A stretch of 64,000 bases of DNA, from the NCBI GenBank assembly GCA_965112735.1, contig OZ218962.1:2294001-2358000 (forward strand). The letters are read 5' to 3'. This DNA is from Phaeosaccion multiseriatum. Taxonomy: Eukaryota; Protista; Ochrophyta, other classes. Below, piece after piece: positions 52,721-64,000 of the stretch (the stretch's first letter is position 1; each line of letters begins with the position of its first letter). A program made the translations under genes and the position numbers. A model generated the notes under the pieces. It saw only the letters and a list, made by a program, of their open reading frames with translations. It was not told the DNA's origin and searched no databases.

Positions 52721-55658
52721 ATGAGGGTGGGATGGATATCAGGTGCTGTGCTCCTCCTCGCCGTGGGATGGTTTCCCTTGTTGAACAAGATAGCCTGGAT
52801 GGCAGCCAACCCCCAGCTCGTCGAGGAAGACGTGGTCATCTTCTACCCTACTCACGCCACCAGCGCACTCAAGGGTCGAGAAGACCACCCGCCAAGGCCG
52901 CAGGGAGACAAGGACGCGCAGCAACATCAGCAGCAGCGAGAGCTTGGAGGGCAAGGGAACAGACCAATGATGGAGGGAGGAGGGAGAGCTGATATGAGGG
53001 AGGAGGAGGAGGAGGAAGAGGGGGAAGAGGAGAATGGACAGGTGTGGGAGGTGGCCGTACGCGGAGCCGTGTATGTGCCGATGGAGGGCCACCCCGTCGC
53101 GAGAGGGCTCATCGGAGTGCTTACCACTATCGCGCAATGGATGGGCGCCGACCCTCAGCATGGTGCGTGGAGGTGTGAGGGGTGTGTTGTAGCGGGCATG
53201 CACAGAGTGGATACTTGACTGATAGGGCTGGTACGTAGTGACAAGAGGGAGAGACGCACCTCGGGAGAGGTTTGTGTATATATGGAATGGTTGCTTTGCA
53301 TGTATGAAGGGGGGGGGGGGTCGTAGGGCAGAATGTGTATGTGTGTGTGCGCGCGCTACTGGAGCCCTCCCAGTGAAAGGGGGGGTTGGCAGGGCAGAAG
53401 GCAGGACTTGTGGGCGGGGAAGCCGAAGTCTATGGCCCCGTATGTCTTGGTGCGATGTGCCATCAGGCAGCTTCGAGTGACAGTTACGTTGTAAGTGAGC
53501 AAAGGGGCAGGGAGTGAGGTCGTGATGAGTTCGCGTGCGTGAGTGAGTGAGTGAGTGCGTGAGTGCGTGAGTGAGTGCGTGAGTGAGTGAGTGCGTGAGT
53601 GAGTGAGTGCGTGAGCGAGTGCGTGAGTGAGTGAGGGAGTGAGTGAGCGAAAAAGCCTATCGTCGTTTTCCTGAAACATCCAACAAACAATTTCTGCCCC
53701 CTGTTCCGCTCTTCCTTTCTTCCTTGTGCCTGTCGTGTGTGTTTTTTTGGGTTGATGCGCTACTCCAGAGCATCTTCTACACAATCGTTTGGCCACACTT
53801 CTCAACGATTATAATAGGTAAGAGAGGGAGAGAGAGGCAGAGAGAGAGGGGGGGGGGGGGGGGGCGGGAGAGCGAGCGGGAGAGACGAGAAAGGGAGAGG
53901 CAGAAACAAGAGAGGTATAGAGAGACTAGAGAGGGAGAGGGAGATACAAGAGAGGTATAGAGAGAGGGAGAGGGAGATACAAGACAGGTATAGAGAGAGG
54001 GAGAGGGAGATACAAGACAGGTATAGAGAGAGGGAGAGGGAGATACAAGAGAGGTATAGAGAGAGGGAGAGGGAGATACAAGAGAGGTATAGAGAGACTA
54101 GAGAGGGAGAGGGAGATACAAGAGAGGTATAGAGAGACGAGAGAGGGAGAGGGAGATACAAGAGAGGTATAGAGAGACTAGAGAGGGAGAGGGAGATACA
54201 AGAGAGGTATAGAGAGAGGGAGAGGGAGATACAAGAGAGGTATAGAGAGAGGGAGAGGGAGATACAAGACAGGTATAGAGAGAGGGAGAGGGAGATCAAG
54301 AGAGGTATAGAGAGAGGGAGAGGGAGATCAAGACAGGTATAGAGAGAGGGAGAGGGAGATCAAGAGAGGTATAGAGAGAGGGAGAGGGAGATACAAGACA
54401 GGTATAGAGAGAGGGAGAGGGAGATCAAGAGAGGTATAGAGAGAGGGAGAGGGAGATACAAGACAGGTATAGAGAGAGGGAGAGGGAGATCAAGAGAGGT
54501 ATAGAGAGACGGCAAAATCACGGAGAGATGCATCCCAAGGCCTTCTGAAGGCCATGTTGACCACTCGTATGATACTGCCGGCCTTCAAGATCACATGCTC
54601 GAGCCTAACGACTTGCTCTCGATCCTTTCCTCCTCCTCCTCCTCCTCCTCCTCCTCCTCCTCCTCCTCCTCCTCCTCCTCCTCCTCCTCCTCCTCCTCCT
54701 CCTCCTCCTCCTCCTCCTCCTCCTCCTCCTCCTCCTCCTCCTCCTCCTCCTCCTCCTCCTCCTCCTCCTCCTCCTCCTCCCATCCACTACCATCTTCTAT
54801 CCACAATAGAGGAAAGGAGGTGGACGTTGTGGTCCATAGCTGCAACGGAGAGCCTCCACCGTGTCAATACATCTCTAAACAGTGGTATACATCCGCAGGT
54901 AATAAGCAGGACGACTTATTCACTCGCTCACTCACTCACTCACTCACTCACTCACTCACTCACTCACTCACTCACTCACCACTCACTCACTCACTCACTC
55001 ACTCCCCCACTCACTCACTCTCTCTCTCCGTGTATGTGTGTGCGTGGTGTGGTAGGCCCATCGGCTGCGGATGGATACTTTGAGGGAACGCTGCACTTCG
55101 TCACCATCGACAGTAGAGTCAATAGCAATGGCAGTAGCAATAGCGACGGCAGCAGATGTACCAGCACTGACAACAGGAGTAGTAGCAGGAGCAGCAGTGG
55201 CAGCGGCGGCGGCTGTTTCCGAGGCGAGCTGGATGATGGCAAAGGCTGGGTGGACATCACAACCGCCTCCACTTCGCACAGAGGGTACGTAACACTAAGT
55301 AACAAAAGGAGGACGACGCTCACGGTGCTCCCTACTTCTTTGCCGATTCACTCTTCAGGCTCAGTCCTCACGTCGCTGCTACTTTTAGCACCACCACTTG
55401 CGGCTACTGCTGCACCTGCCGCTGCTCCTGCTGCTGCTTGTGTATGAGCTCCGCTGCTGCTGCTGTATCGCCAACTGCTGCTGCTCCTGCTGCTGTATCA
55501 CCGACTGTTCAGGAAGGCCATGGGGCACGTCTCGCTGGTGTCACACGAGGGTGTGGCACTCATCTCCGACGTCGACGACACCATCAAGGTAGTAAGCACT
55601 CTCACCCCCTTTCCCTCTCTCTCTCGCTCTCCCTCCCTCCCTCCCTCCCTCCCTCCCT

Positions 55659-55696
<38 letters not shown>

Positions 55697-57134
55697 TTGT
55701 TCCCTCTCTCTCCCTTTCTTCTTTTCTATCTCTCTCCCCCCCCCTCTCTCCCTCTCTCTCTGTGTGTGTTTTTGCGTTTGTGTCTCGTTGTCGCGCAATG
55801 TTCTCCTTCCTCCTGCCCCTGCCCGCAGCTCATTCCTCTCGCTTTGTGCCGATTCCGCTTCTCCCTCCTGCATACTTTTTCTCCTCCCCTCTCACTTCTT
55901 CGTTTCTGCTTCTGCTTCTGTCCCCTCTTCTCTCTCTTTCTCTCTACCCCGTTCCCCTTCCCCTTTCCTCCTCCCACTTCTCTCCCCCCCCTTCTCCCTT
56001 CTCCTCAGCTGACCGGCGTGGGCGATGTAAACTCTGTTCTGCGGCACACTCTCGCAGAACCATTCACTGCCATCCCGGGAATGGCCGAGCTGTACCGCAG
56101 GTGAGGGGGGCATTTCCTCAGACACAGTCTCGGTTTCAGTTTCAGTTTATTACACCCCCTCAATCCATATCAGGCCGCCACCATTGAGGGTAACGAGGTC
56201 GATATGGAGTATCTTTCGTGGAGGCAACGGGATCGTGACACACACGCACACTCACACACACACAAACACACACGCAAACACACACACGCACGCACCCACC
56301 CACACACCCACACACCCACACACCCACACACCCACCCACACACTCACACACTCACACGCACACACGCAGGTGGGATGAAGAGGGAAGTTCGGCACCAGTG
56401 AAGGAGGGCTTAGAGGACTTAGAGGACTCCGAAGGGAGGCTTCTCCTGCAGGCGGCGCTTCCCCTGCAAGAGGACATGAGCATGTCCTTCCACTACGTTA
56501 GCGGCTCGCCTTGGGCACTGGCGGTGAGTGAGCACATTCACCACTACGAAGGCGCTGGGCAATGGGTGAGGGGCAGTGGCTCTTTGCCTTCTCTCGAGTC
56601 TCTTGCTCCTTCCTCTCTCGCCTCACGCTTCCTCCCTCTGTCTGTCCCTTTCCCTGTCAGGCGCACACATACACTCACATGCACTCACATGCACTCACAC
56701 ACGCACGCTCTCACACACGCACGCACCCACACACGCACGCACTCACAGCAAAACGGAAGCGTTCTTCCATCTTCCCGCTGGTCTCCATCTCTTCTCTCCC
56801 GCCCCCCCCTCTCTCTTCTCTCCCTCTCCCTCTCCCTTCCCGCTCTCCCTGACGCCTGCTGGCTTTGTCTTCCTTGCCTTCCTTGCCTTGCCCAACCAGC
56901 GAGAGCTCCACGAGTGGATGCAAGACGACTCCAAGGAGGGTGGGGCATTCCCAAGAGGCTCTTTTCGCCTGAAGCGATTCAGGTAAGTGACCATGATGGC
57001 TGACATGATGTGCTGGTGTTACGCATGTATGTATGTATGTATGTATGTATGTATGTATGTATGTATGTATGTATGTATGTATGTATGTATGTATGTATGT
57101 ATGTATGTATGTATTATGTATATGTATATGTATG

Positions 57135-57165
<31 letters not shown>

Positions 57166-58282
57166 GTATATGTATATGTATGTATGTTTTTGTATTTATG
57201 CATGTACTGACTTTGAATCCCTCCAACGGCTTTTGCCCGTGCGCTGAAGCTTGCGATTTGTCTTTGGGGGACGCATGGCGGGGGAGAGGGGACGGAGGAG
57301 GAAGGGAGAGAGGGAGAGAGGGGGAGGAGGCTTGGACTGTCAGCATGTCCTGAGAACAAGTGTTCCCTCTTGCCCTCCCGCATCCCACTTTCCCCGAAAA
57401 CCCATATGCTACCACCACGCCGTCCTATCCCCCTCCTCCTGCTCCTCCTGCTCCTCCTCCTCCTCCTCCTCCTCCTCCTCCTCCTCCTCCTCCTCCTCCT
57501 CCTGCTCCTCCTCCTCCTGCTCCTCCTGCTCCTCCTGCTCCTCCTGCTCCTCCTCCTCCTCCTCCTCCTCCTCCTCCTCCTCCTCCTCCTCCTCCTCCTC
57601 CTCCTCCTCCTCCTCCTCCTCCTCCTCTTCCTCCTCCTCCTCCTGCTCCTCCTGCTCCTCCTGCTCCTCCTCCTCCTCCCCTCCTCCTGCTCCTCCTCCT
57701 CCTCCTCCTCCTCCTCTGGCCTACCCAGATTTGAATTGCTCGAACCATGGTGAGTGAAGGGAAGAGCTGGGCATAGATGCGACCCGCTGGCCCAGGAAGG
57801 GAGGGCTTTGTGGTACAGGCGTCGCTATGTCAGGCGAGCATACATTCCCCCCTGTCCTTCACGTAGAACTTCAGGTGGAAGGGATGAAACTTCCTCTCTT
57901 TCGCTTTCGTCCCCCCCCCCCCCCCCCCACCTCTCTCTTTCTCCCTCCCCTTTCGTCCTCCTTGATCACCCGTTTCCCTCCCTTCCCCCCCTCCCCTTCC
58001 CTCCGCCTCACCCCTACCCCTCGCTTTGTGCAATGCTCAGGGGCGTGGACTCATTCTCCTCTGTCCTTAGGCTCGTCTCCTCCAACCTCGAGCGCAAGAA
58101 GGCCGAGATAATCGCAGTGCTGCGCAGACACCCGAGGAGGAGGGTTGTGCTCGTGGGCGACTCTTCAGAGCAAGATCCAGAGGTTAGTACTGTCAGTTAG
58201 TAAGTCAGTGGGTGAGTTCAATCAGTTATTCATCAATCAGTGTGAACTAAGTCAGAGAAACGGAAGCGACCATTCACTCTCC

Positions 58283-58365
<83 letters not shown>

Positions 58366-59088
58366 CAATGAGTCAATCGCCACTAAATCAGTCCAACAAC
58401 AGCCCAATCGAGCAAAGAAACGATCGATGCCTCAATCGATGTGTGCGTGTCCATACGTGCATGTGTGTGTGTGTGCGTGTGTGTGGGTGCAGGTGTATGG
58501 GTACATTGCGAGGCAGTACCCGAGTCGGGTCTTGTGTATCATCATCCGGGAGGCACCCGGAAGACCTTTCTCAGCGGACAGAGCACAGGAGGCATTCAGA
58601 GACGTCTCTGGTGGGTGCGGAGTAGCAAAGGGAGAGGGAGAGAGGGGGGGGGGAGGTGAAGGGAGAGAGGGAGGAGGAAGAGGAAGAGGAAGAGGAAGAG
58701 GGAGAGAGAGAAACAGAAAACAAACAAGAGAGAGGGAGAGAAGAGAGGGAAAGAGAGGGTGTGTGGGAGGGTTCCTCTGCCTGTTTCTAGATACCGCCGC
58801 ACCACCCCCCCACATAGTCCTTTTTGCTGCGCTTCCACTTGGCTTACTCCACCCATCTACGGTGCCTCGTGTCATGCCTGCAATGTGCGGTGTTGTGCTG
58901 AACTGTCCTGTCCTGGGTATGTGCTCTACTGTTGTGGGATCGCAGACAAGGCGTGGAAGCTGGTGACGAGGGCGGAAGAGCTGGACGGTTACACCATTCG
59001 TGACATGGTCCTGACTCAGTCATGCGGCGCTCCCTCTTCCTTCTCCTCCTCGTCTTCTTCCTCGTCCTCTTCTTCCTCTTCGCCTTGA
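52721..59088 (+). CDS. App1-type (DUF2183) Mg2+-dependent phosphatidate phosphatase, HAD superfamily, with an N-terminal hydrophobic anchor
   Basis: Exons give GVALISDVDDTIK (DxDxT motif), EPFTAIPGMAELY, FHYVSGSPW, FPRGSFRLK and HPRRRVVLVGDSSEQDPEVYGYIARQYPSRVLCIIIR. The N-terminus MRVGWISGAVLLLAVGWFPLL is hydrophobic. The last exon is ~58946-59088. Confidence 0.9.
53905..54509. repeat. ~33-43-nt purine-rich minisatellite in an App1 intron
   Basis: Unit AGAGAGGGAGAGGGAGAT(A)CAAGA(G/C)AGGTATAG repeated more than 15 times. Confidence 0.92.
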
Positions 59089-59636
59089 GGAAGAGGATGG
59101 GAGAGGAGGATGAGAGGATGTAGGGAGACAGTACACGTTCCGTTCAAGAGAGGGAATAAAGGTGCTCACATTGGATCCCCCCCTTGTAGTTAACTGTCCT
59201 AATGTTGTTGTTCACACGTTAATATACGTTCATAGTGCCCACGAAGGGTCGTGAGTTGGGCGTGGGCGCGTGAGCGGGTGGTAGCATTATATCAATTGGA
59301 GACTTTGCTCCCACCCCAAAGGAAGAAGGGAGAAAGCTTTCGTTCTCTGGTTAGTGCGCACAAAGAAGGGTGTATGGAGGGAGGACTTACATAAATAGCT
59401 ATCGCACATTAACAAAAAAGATGAGTTGCCTTATTTGACATTCACTCTATGGTACATTATTTGAATGGGCCAAAAGGCAAAAAATTGTGCTCCGAGGGTA
59501 GTAGGAGGAGTGTGATCGTGGGGTGGTTTGGTGTGGATGGTGCAGGACTCAGTCGGACAGTTTGCTTTCAGCTCAATCGGGGGAACGTGGTTACTCAATC
59601 CTACATGTTCACTTCCTACAAGGATCGCCCTCTCTC

Positions 59637-59717
59637 TCAGTCGAAGTGTGTGACTGCAGACGCGGCCACACGACACCCTCTCTTTGGCCCTTGGCCAGTC
59701 CCGAGACATGTCGCCGA

Positions 59718-59765
<48 letters not shown>

Positions 59766-61240
59766 CTCTATCTCCCTCCCTCTCTCTCTGCGGCAGACGC
59801 AAAAAGCAAGAGCAGTACGTTTCTTGCACCAAGTGATGACAATCGCCCCATTCATCTTGGTGGCCATGATCGTGGTGCAGGAGCTGCCTTGAGGCACTAC
59901 AGAGAAGCCGAGCAGCCGCAGACTCGCCATGGCTGCTCGCACCATACAGGCAGCGAGGAGTTCGGTATCGAAGAACCCTTTCGGACTCCGGAACGTCATG
60001 GTGTGGATCTGGGAACAGAACAGAGCGTTGAACAAGAGGGCAAGGAGAGGAGGGTGAGAGGGGACGGTGAGGAGGAGAAGGGAGACCGGCTGGGGGAGAG
60101 AATAGTGGCTTCGCCCATCGTCAAAGATTCTCACAATGTATACATCCATTGCGAGCTGCACCACACAACAACAACACGCTCTCTCGTTGCATTCGTTCCT
60201 ACCATGAGCTCAAGCGGCGCCTGCATGCTCTGCGTGTCTCCGACTCGGATGATGGCAGCGACTTTCACAGTCGACTGGTTCACTGCAACCTTGCGAAGCT
60301 CGCTCTCGATCGCTCCTCTGAGCCTCTTTGTCGGGAGGGGGGCGACGGAAGTGGCAGCAGACTCGCTGGGAGGGGGGCGCACCTGCGGCCCGTGGTGGTG
60401 GTGGTGGTGCTGCTGCTGCTGCTGCGCCACCTCCCTTCCACAGGCGCCTCCCTGTGGTGGCTCTTCCTGCTCGTCATTTACTACGGACACGGCCAGATGA
60501 GGAGAGTTCGGGAAAGGCTGGTCCTGCACCATGATGGACTGCCGGACTTGCGCAGTGGAAGGTTCCTCTCCTGTTGGGCCCGAGGGCAGGACGATGTGCA
60601 CTTTGCGGCTGAAGAAAGAGGAGAGCTCGGTGCCAGAGGGCGTGAGTCCACTGGACTCACGGAGAAGGAGCTGTGTCCTCCATGTGGAGTGCCAGCTTGT
60701 GGGCTCCACGGTAGGATGGTCTCTGTACTTGTTGGTCCAAGCCTCCTTCCAAAGAGGGTGGTTAGGTTGGTTCCACGCCTGAGGAGTGAGGGAGGGAGGA
60801 AGGAAGGGAGAAAGGGAGGAGAGGAAGGAGAGGGGCTCGTCAGGAGAAGGTTGGAGGGAAGGCAGGGTATTAGCAGCGAGGAGAGAGAGCTTTGGCTGGG
60901 TAAGAGGAAGGTTGAGGTTGTTGAGAGGTTGAGAAAGGTTGAGAGAGAGAGGGAGGGAGGAGGGATAGGGAGGGATAGGGAGAGAGAGGGAGAGAGAGGG
61001 AACGAGGAGGGAGAGAGAGGCAGAGCGAGGGAAGGAGGAGAGAGAGTGAGAGAGAGAGCCTGGGAGCGCACTTGGACGTACCGCACAGCTGGCGTTGACA
61101 TGAAATAATGATCTTGCATCGAGGAAGCGCATGACCTCTCTCCAAAGCGTGGAGGGCAGCCGCGGGCAGTCGTTGGCATTCATGATGGTCAACAAGCGGA
61201 GGTGGTGTGATGTGTGCTCCTCTCCTGAACCGGTAGTCAT
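59637..61240 (-). CDS. F-box protein, copy 1
   Basis: Exon 61240-61082 (LPSTLWREVMRFLDARSLFHVNASCA) joins exon 60778-60203 (AWNQ...LWKEAW) to form an F-box pattern. The simplest model then splices to an exon starting at 60008 (IHTMTF...). The 3' end is uncertain. Confidence 0.7.
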
Positions 61241-61759
61241 TCTGACCCGACGATAGACCCGTCTTTACACTGTACGTGGTCGAGAGCATCCTGCGGATGT
61301 GTGCAGGGAGAGGGGAGAGAAAGTTGGAAGGCATACCCTTAGCACACAGAGATAAAGTTGGAAGCTGCTGGAGGATCCAGGGAGCCTGAAACTGTATTCG
61401 AAACTGAAACTCACGCATTCGGTGGAATAGAGCTGGTGTGGCGCTAACTTCATTTGGTCCGATAACAAGAAGGGGGGGGGGATACGAGCGATTCTCGGCA
61501 GAGGACCCGGTACCCGGTAGCATGCTACTGGCGGCCGGCCGGTAGCAGGTAGCACGCCAGCCGACGCCGGCGGTAGCAGAGGTCGCCAGAGCAGCCACGT
61601 CAGCATCAGCCATACTACCGCCGTAGTAGCATACCACCCACCCACATATTTTTACTTAGCTTACTCCACCCATCTACTGGCTGTGCCTCGTGTCATGTCT
61701 GCAATGTGCGGTGTTGTGCTGAACTGGCCTGTCTATCTGTGCTCTAGCTACTATTGTGG

Positions 61760-61935
61760 GACCGCAGACAACAAGTGCCAGCCAATCAAGCAAGCGGATC
61801 GGGTGTGAAGGGGGGAGAGCCAGAAGGTTACACCATTCGTGACATGGTCCTGACTCAGTCATGCGGCACTCCCTCTTCCTTCTCCTCCTCTTCTCTCGTC
61901 TTCTTCCTCGTCCTCTTCTTCCTCCTCGCCTTGAG
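61760..61935 (+). pseudogene. Orphan, degenerate duplicate of the last App1 exon carried by the tandem duplication
   Basis: GGTTACACCATTCGTGACATGGTCCTGACTCAGTCATGCGGC is identical to 58987-59028. The 5' part of the exon is replaced and no upstream App1 exons are present. Confidence 0.75.
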
Positions 61936-62695
61936 GAAGAGGATGGGAGAGGAGGATGAGAGGATGTAGGGAGACTGCCAGCACACGTTCCGTTCAAGAG
62001 AGGGCAGGGAGTAAAGGTGCTCGCATTGTGGATGCCCCAGGCCGTCTACAATCACGCAGCTAGCTGTCCTCGTATTGTTGTTCACACGTTAATATACGTT
62101 AATAGTGCCCACGAAGGTTGCTTCTTGAGTTGGGCGTGGGTGCGTGAGCGGGTGGTAACATTATATCAATGGGAGACTTTGCTCCCACCCCAAAGGAAGG
62201 GAGAAGCTCTCTGGCGCACAAAGTAGGGTGTATGGAGGGAGCACTTACATAATTATCGCATAATCAAAAAAAAAAAAAGATGAGTGCCTTATTTGACATT
62301 CCCTGTGGTACATTCTTTGGACGGGCCAAAAGGCCAAAAATTGTGCCTCGAGGGTTGGAGGAGTGTGATCGTGGGGTGGTTTGGTGTTGATGGTGCAGGA
62401 CTCAGTGGAATAGTTTAGTTTCAGCTCAATCGGGGGAACGTTACTCAATCCTGCACGTTCACTCCCTACAAGGATGCTCTCAGTCGAAGTGTGTGACTGC
62501 AGACGCGGCCGCACGACACCCTCTCTTTGGCCCTTGGCCAGTCCCGAGACGTGTCGCCGACGCTCTCTCTCCCTCTCTCTATCTCTATCTCCCTCTCTCT
62601 CTCTCTCCCTCCCTCCCTCTCTCTCTATCTCTCTCTCTCTTGCTCTATCTCTCTCCCCCTCTCTGTGGCATACGCAAAAAGCAAGAGCAGTACGT

Positions 62696-63664
62696 TTACT
62701 TGCACCAAGTGATGACAATCGCCCCATTCATCTTGGTGGCCATGATCGTGGTGCAGGAGCTGCCCTGAGGCACTACAGAGAAGCCGAGCAGACGCAGACT
62801 CGCCGTGGCTGCGCGCACCATACAGGCAGCGAGGAGTTCGGTGTTCAAGAACCCTTTCGGACTCCGGAACGTCATGGTGTGGATCTGGGAACAGAACAGA
62901 GCGTAGAACAAGAGGGTGGGTCAAGGCAAGGGAAGGAGGGTGAGAGGGGACGGTGAGGAGAGAAGCGAGACCGCCTTGGGGGGAGAAAGAGTGGCTCCGC
63001 CCATCGTCAAAGATTCTCACAATGCATACATCCATTGCGAGCTGCACCACACAACAACAACACGCTCTCTCGCTCCATTCGTTCCTACCATGAGCTCAAG
63101 CGGCGCCTGCATGCTCTGCGTGTCTCCGACTCGGATGATGGCAGCGACTTTCACAGTCGACTGGTTCACTGCAACCTTGCGAAGCTCGCTCTCGGTCGCA
63201 CCTCGGAGCCTCTTAGTCGGGCGGGGGGCGACGGAAGTGGCAGCAGACTCGCTGGGAGGGGGGCGCACCTGCGGCCCGTGGTGGTGGTGGTGGTGCTGCT
63301 GCTGCTGCTGCGCCACCTCCCTTCCACAGGCGCCTCCCTGTGGTGGCTCTTCCTGCTCGTCATTTACTACGGACACGGCCAGATGAGGAGAGTTCGGGAA
63401 AGGCTGGTCCTGCACCATGATGGACTGCCGGACTTGCGCAGTGGAAGGTTCCTCTCCTGTTGGGCCAGAGGGCAGGACGATGTGCACTTTGCGGCTGAAG
63501 AAAGAGGAGAGCTCGGTGCCAGAGGGCGTGAGTCCACTGGACTCACGGAGAAGGAGCTGTGTCCTCCATGTGGAGTGCCAGCTTGTGGGCTCCACGGTAG
63601 GATGGTCTCTGTACTTGTTGGTCCAAGCCTCCTTCCAAAGAGGGTGGTTAGGTTGGTTCCACGC
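62696..63664 (-). CDS. F-box protein, copy 2 (partial; first exon lies beyond the window end)
   Basis: The exon starting at 63664 is nearly identical to copy 1 exon 2. The downstream exon ends WCK-TAA at 62696. Confidence 0.65.
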
Positions 63665-63943
63665 CTGAGGAGTGAGGGAGGGAGGAAGGAAGGGAGAGAG
63701 GGAGGAGAGGAAGGAGAGGGGCTCGTCAGGAGACGGTTGGAAGGAAGGCAGGGTATCAGCAGCGAGAGAGCTTTGGCTGGGTAAGAGGGAAGTTGAGGTT
63801 GTTGAGAGGTTGAGAAAGGTTGAGAGAGGGAGGGAGGGAGGGATAGGGAGGGATAGGGAGGGAGAGGGAGAGAGGAGGGAAAGAGGAGGGGGGGGGGAGA
63901 GAGGTAGAGAGAGAGGCAAAGAAGGGAAGAGGGGGAGATGATC

Positions 63944-63999
<56 letters not shown>

Positions 64000-64000
64000 G

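Larger units (their letters stand above)
58842..64000. repeat. Tandem segmental duplication, unit ~2.8-2.9 kb (copy 1 ~58842-61658; copy 2 from ~61659 to beyond the window)
   Basis: GCTTACTCCACCCATCTAC...GTGCCTCGTGTCATG starts both copies. Sequence is colinear thereafter, with an offset of 2886 bp at the F-box exon. Confidence 0.95.

Noticed and set aside
60135-60155. Possible 21-nt exon LAMDVYI in the F-box gene
   Set aside because: It needs a 47-nt upstream intron, and direct splicing 60203^60008 is already in frame. It cannot be supported without RNA data.
49-64000. Apparent proteostasis cluster (HECT E3, HSF, prefoldin, Derlin, F-box)
   Set aside because: These families are common in eukaryote genomes and are interspersed with unrelated genes. 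No shared regulatory element such as an nGAAn array was found.

Overview
Intron-rich, microsatellite-rich eukaryotic nuclear DNA with GT-AG introns. It is probably from a stramenopile/ochrophyte alga, which is an inference from gene content and intron style. I assembled 13 protein-coding loci by hand from frame-consistent exons. In order: the 3' end of a HECT E3 ligase, an HSF-domain protein, prefoldin 4, an EHD-like dynamin-family ATPase without an EH domain, an unknown zinc-ribbon protein, an SV2/SVOP-like MFS transporter, a ~16 kb TPR/Mlp1 nucleoporin, Derlin, a PDK/BCKDK-family kinase, a small unknown protein, an App1-type phosphatidate phosphatase, and two tandem copies of an F-box gene. 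Most long ORFs in the ORF track are artefacts of simple repeats. The main unexplained signals are: (1) a dispersed motif GTATCACCAAC(TGCTG), with at least 14 exact copies in both orientations in exons and introns, plus two other recurrent words; (2) exon 3' ends duplicated into the next intron in three different genes; (3) an 8-nt microexon in the HECT catalytic loop; (4) a 54-bp intronic hairpin in Derlin; (5) FG-like, RGG, PAM2-like and RxxRF motifs in the TPR tail. No RNA genes, CRISPR arrays or recognisable transposases were seen. All counts and coordinates were made by eye.
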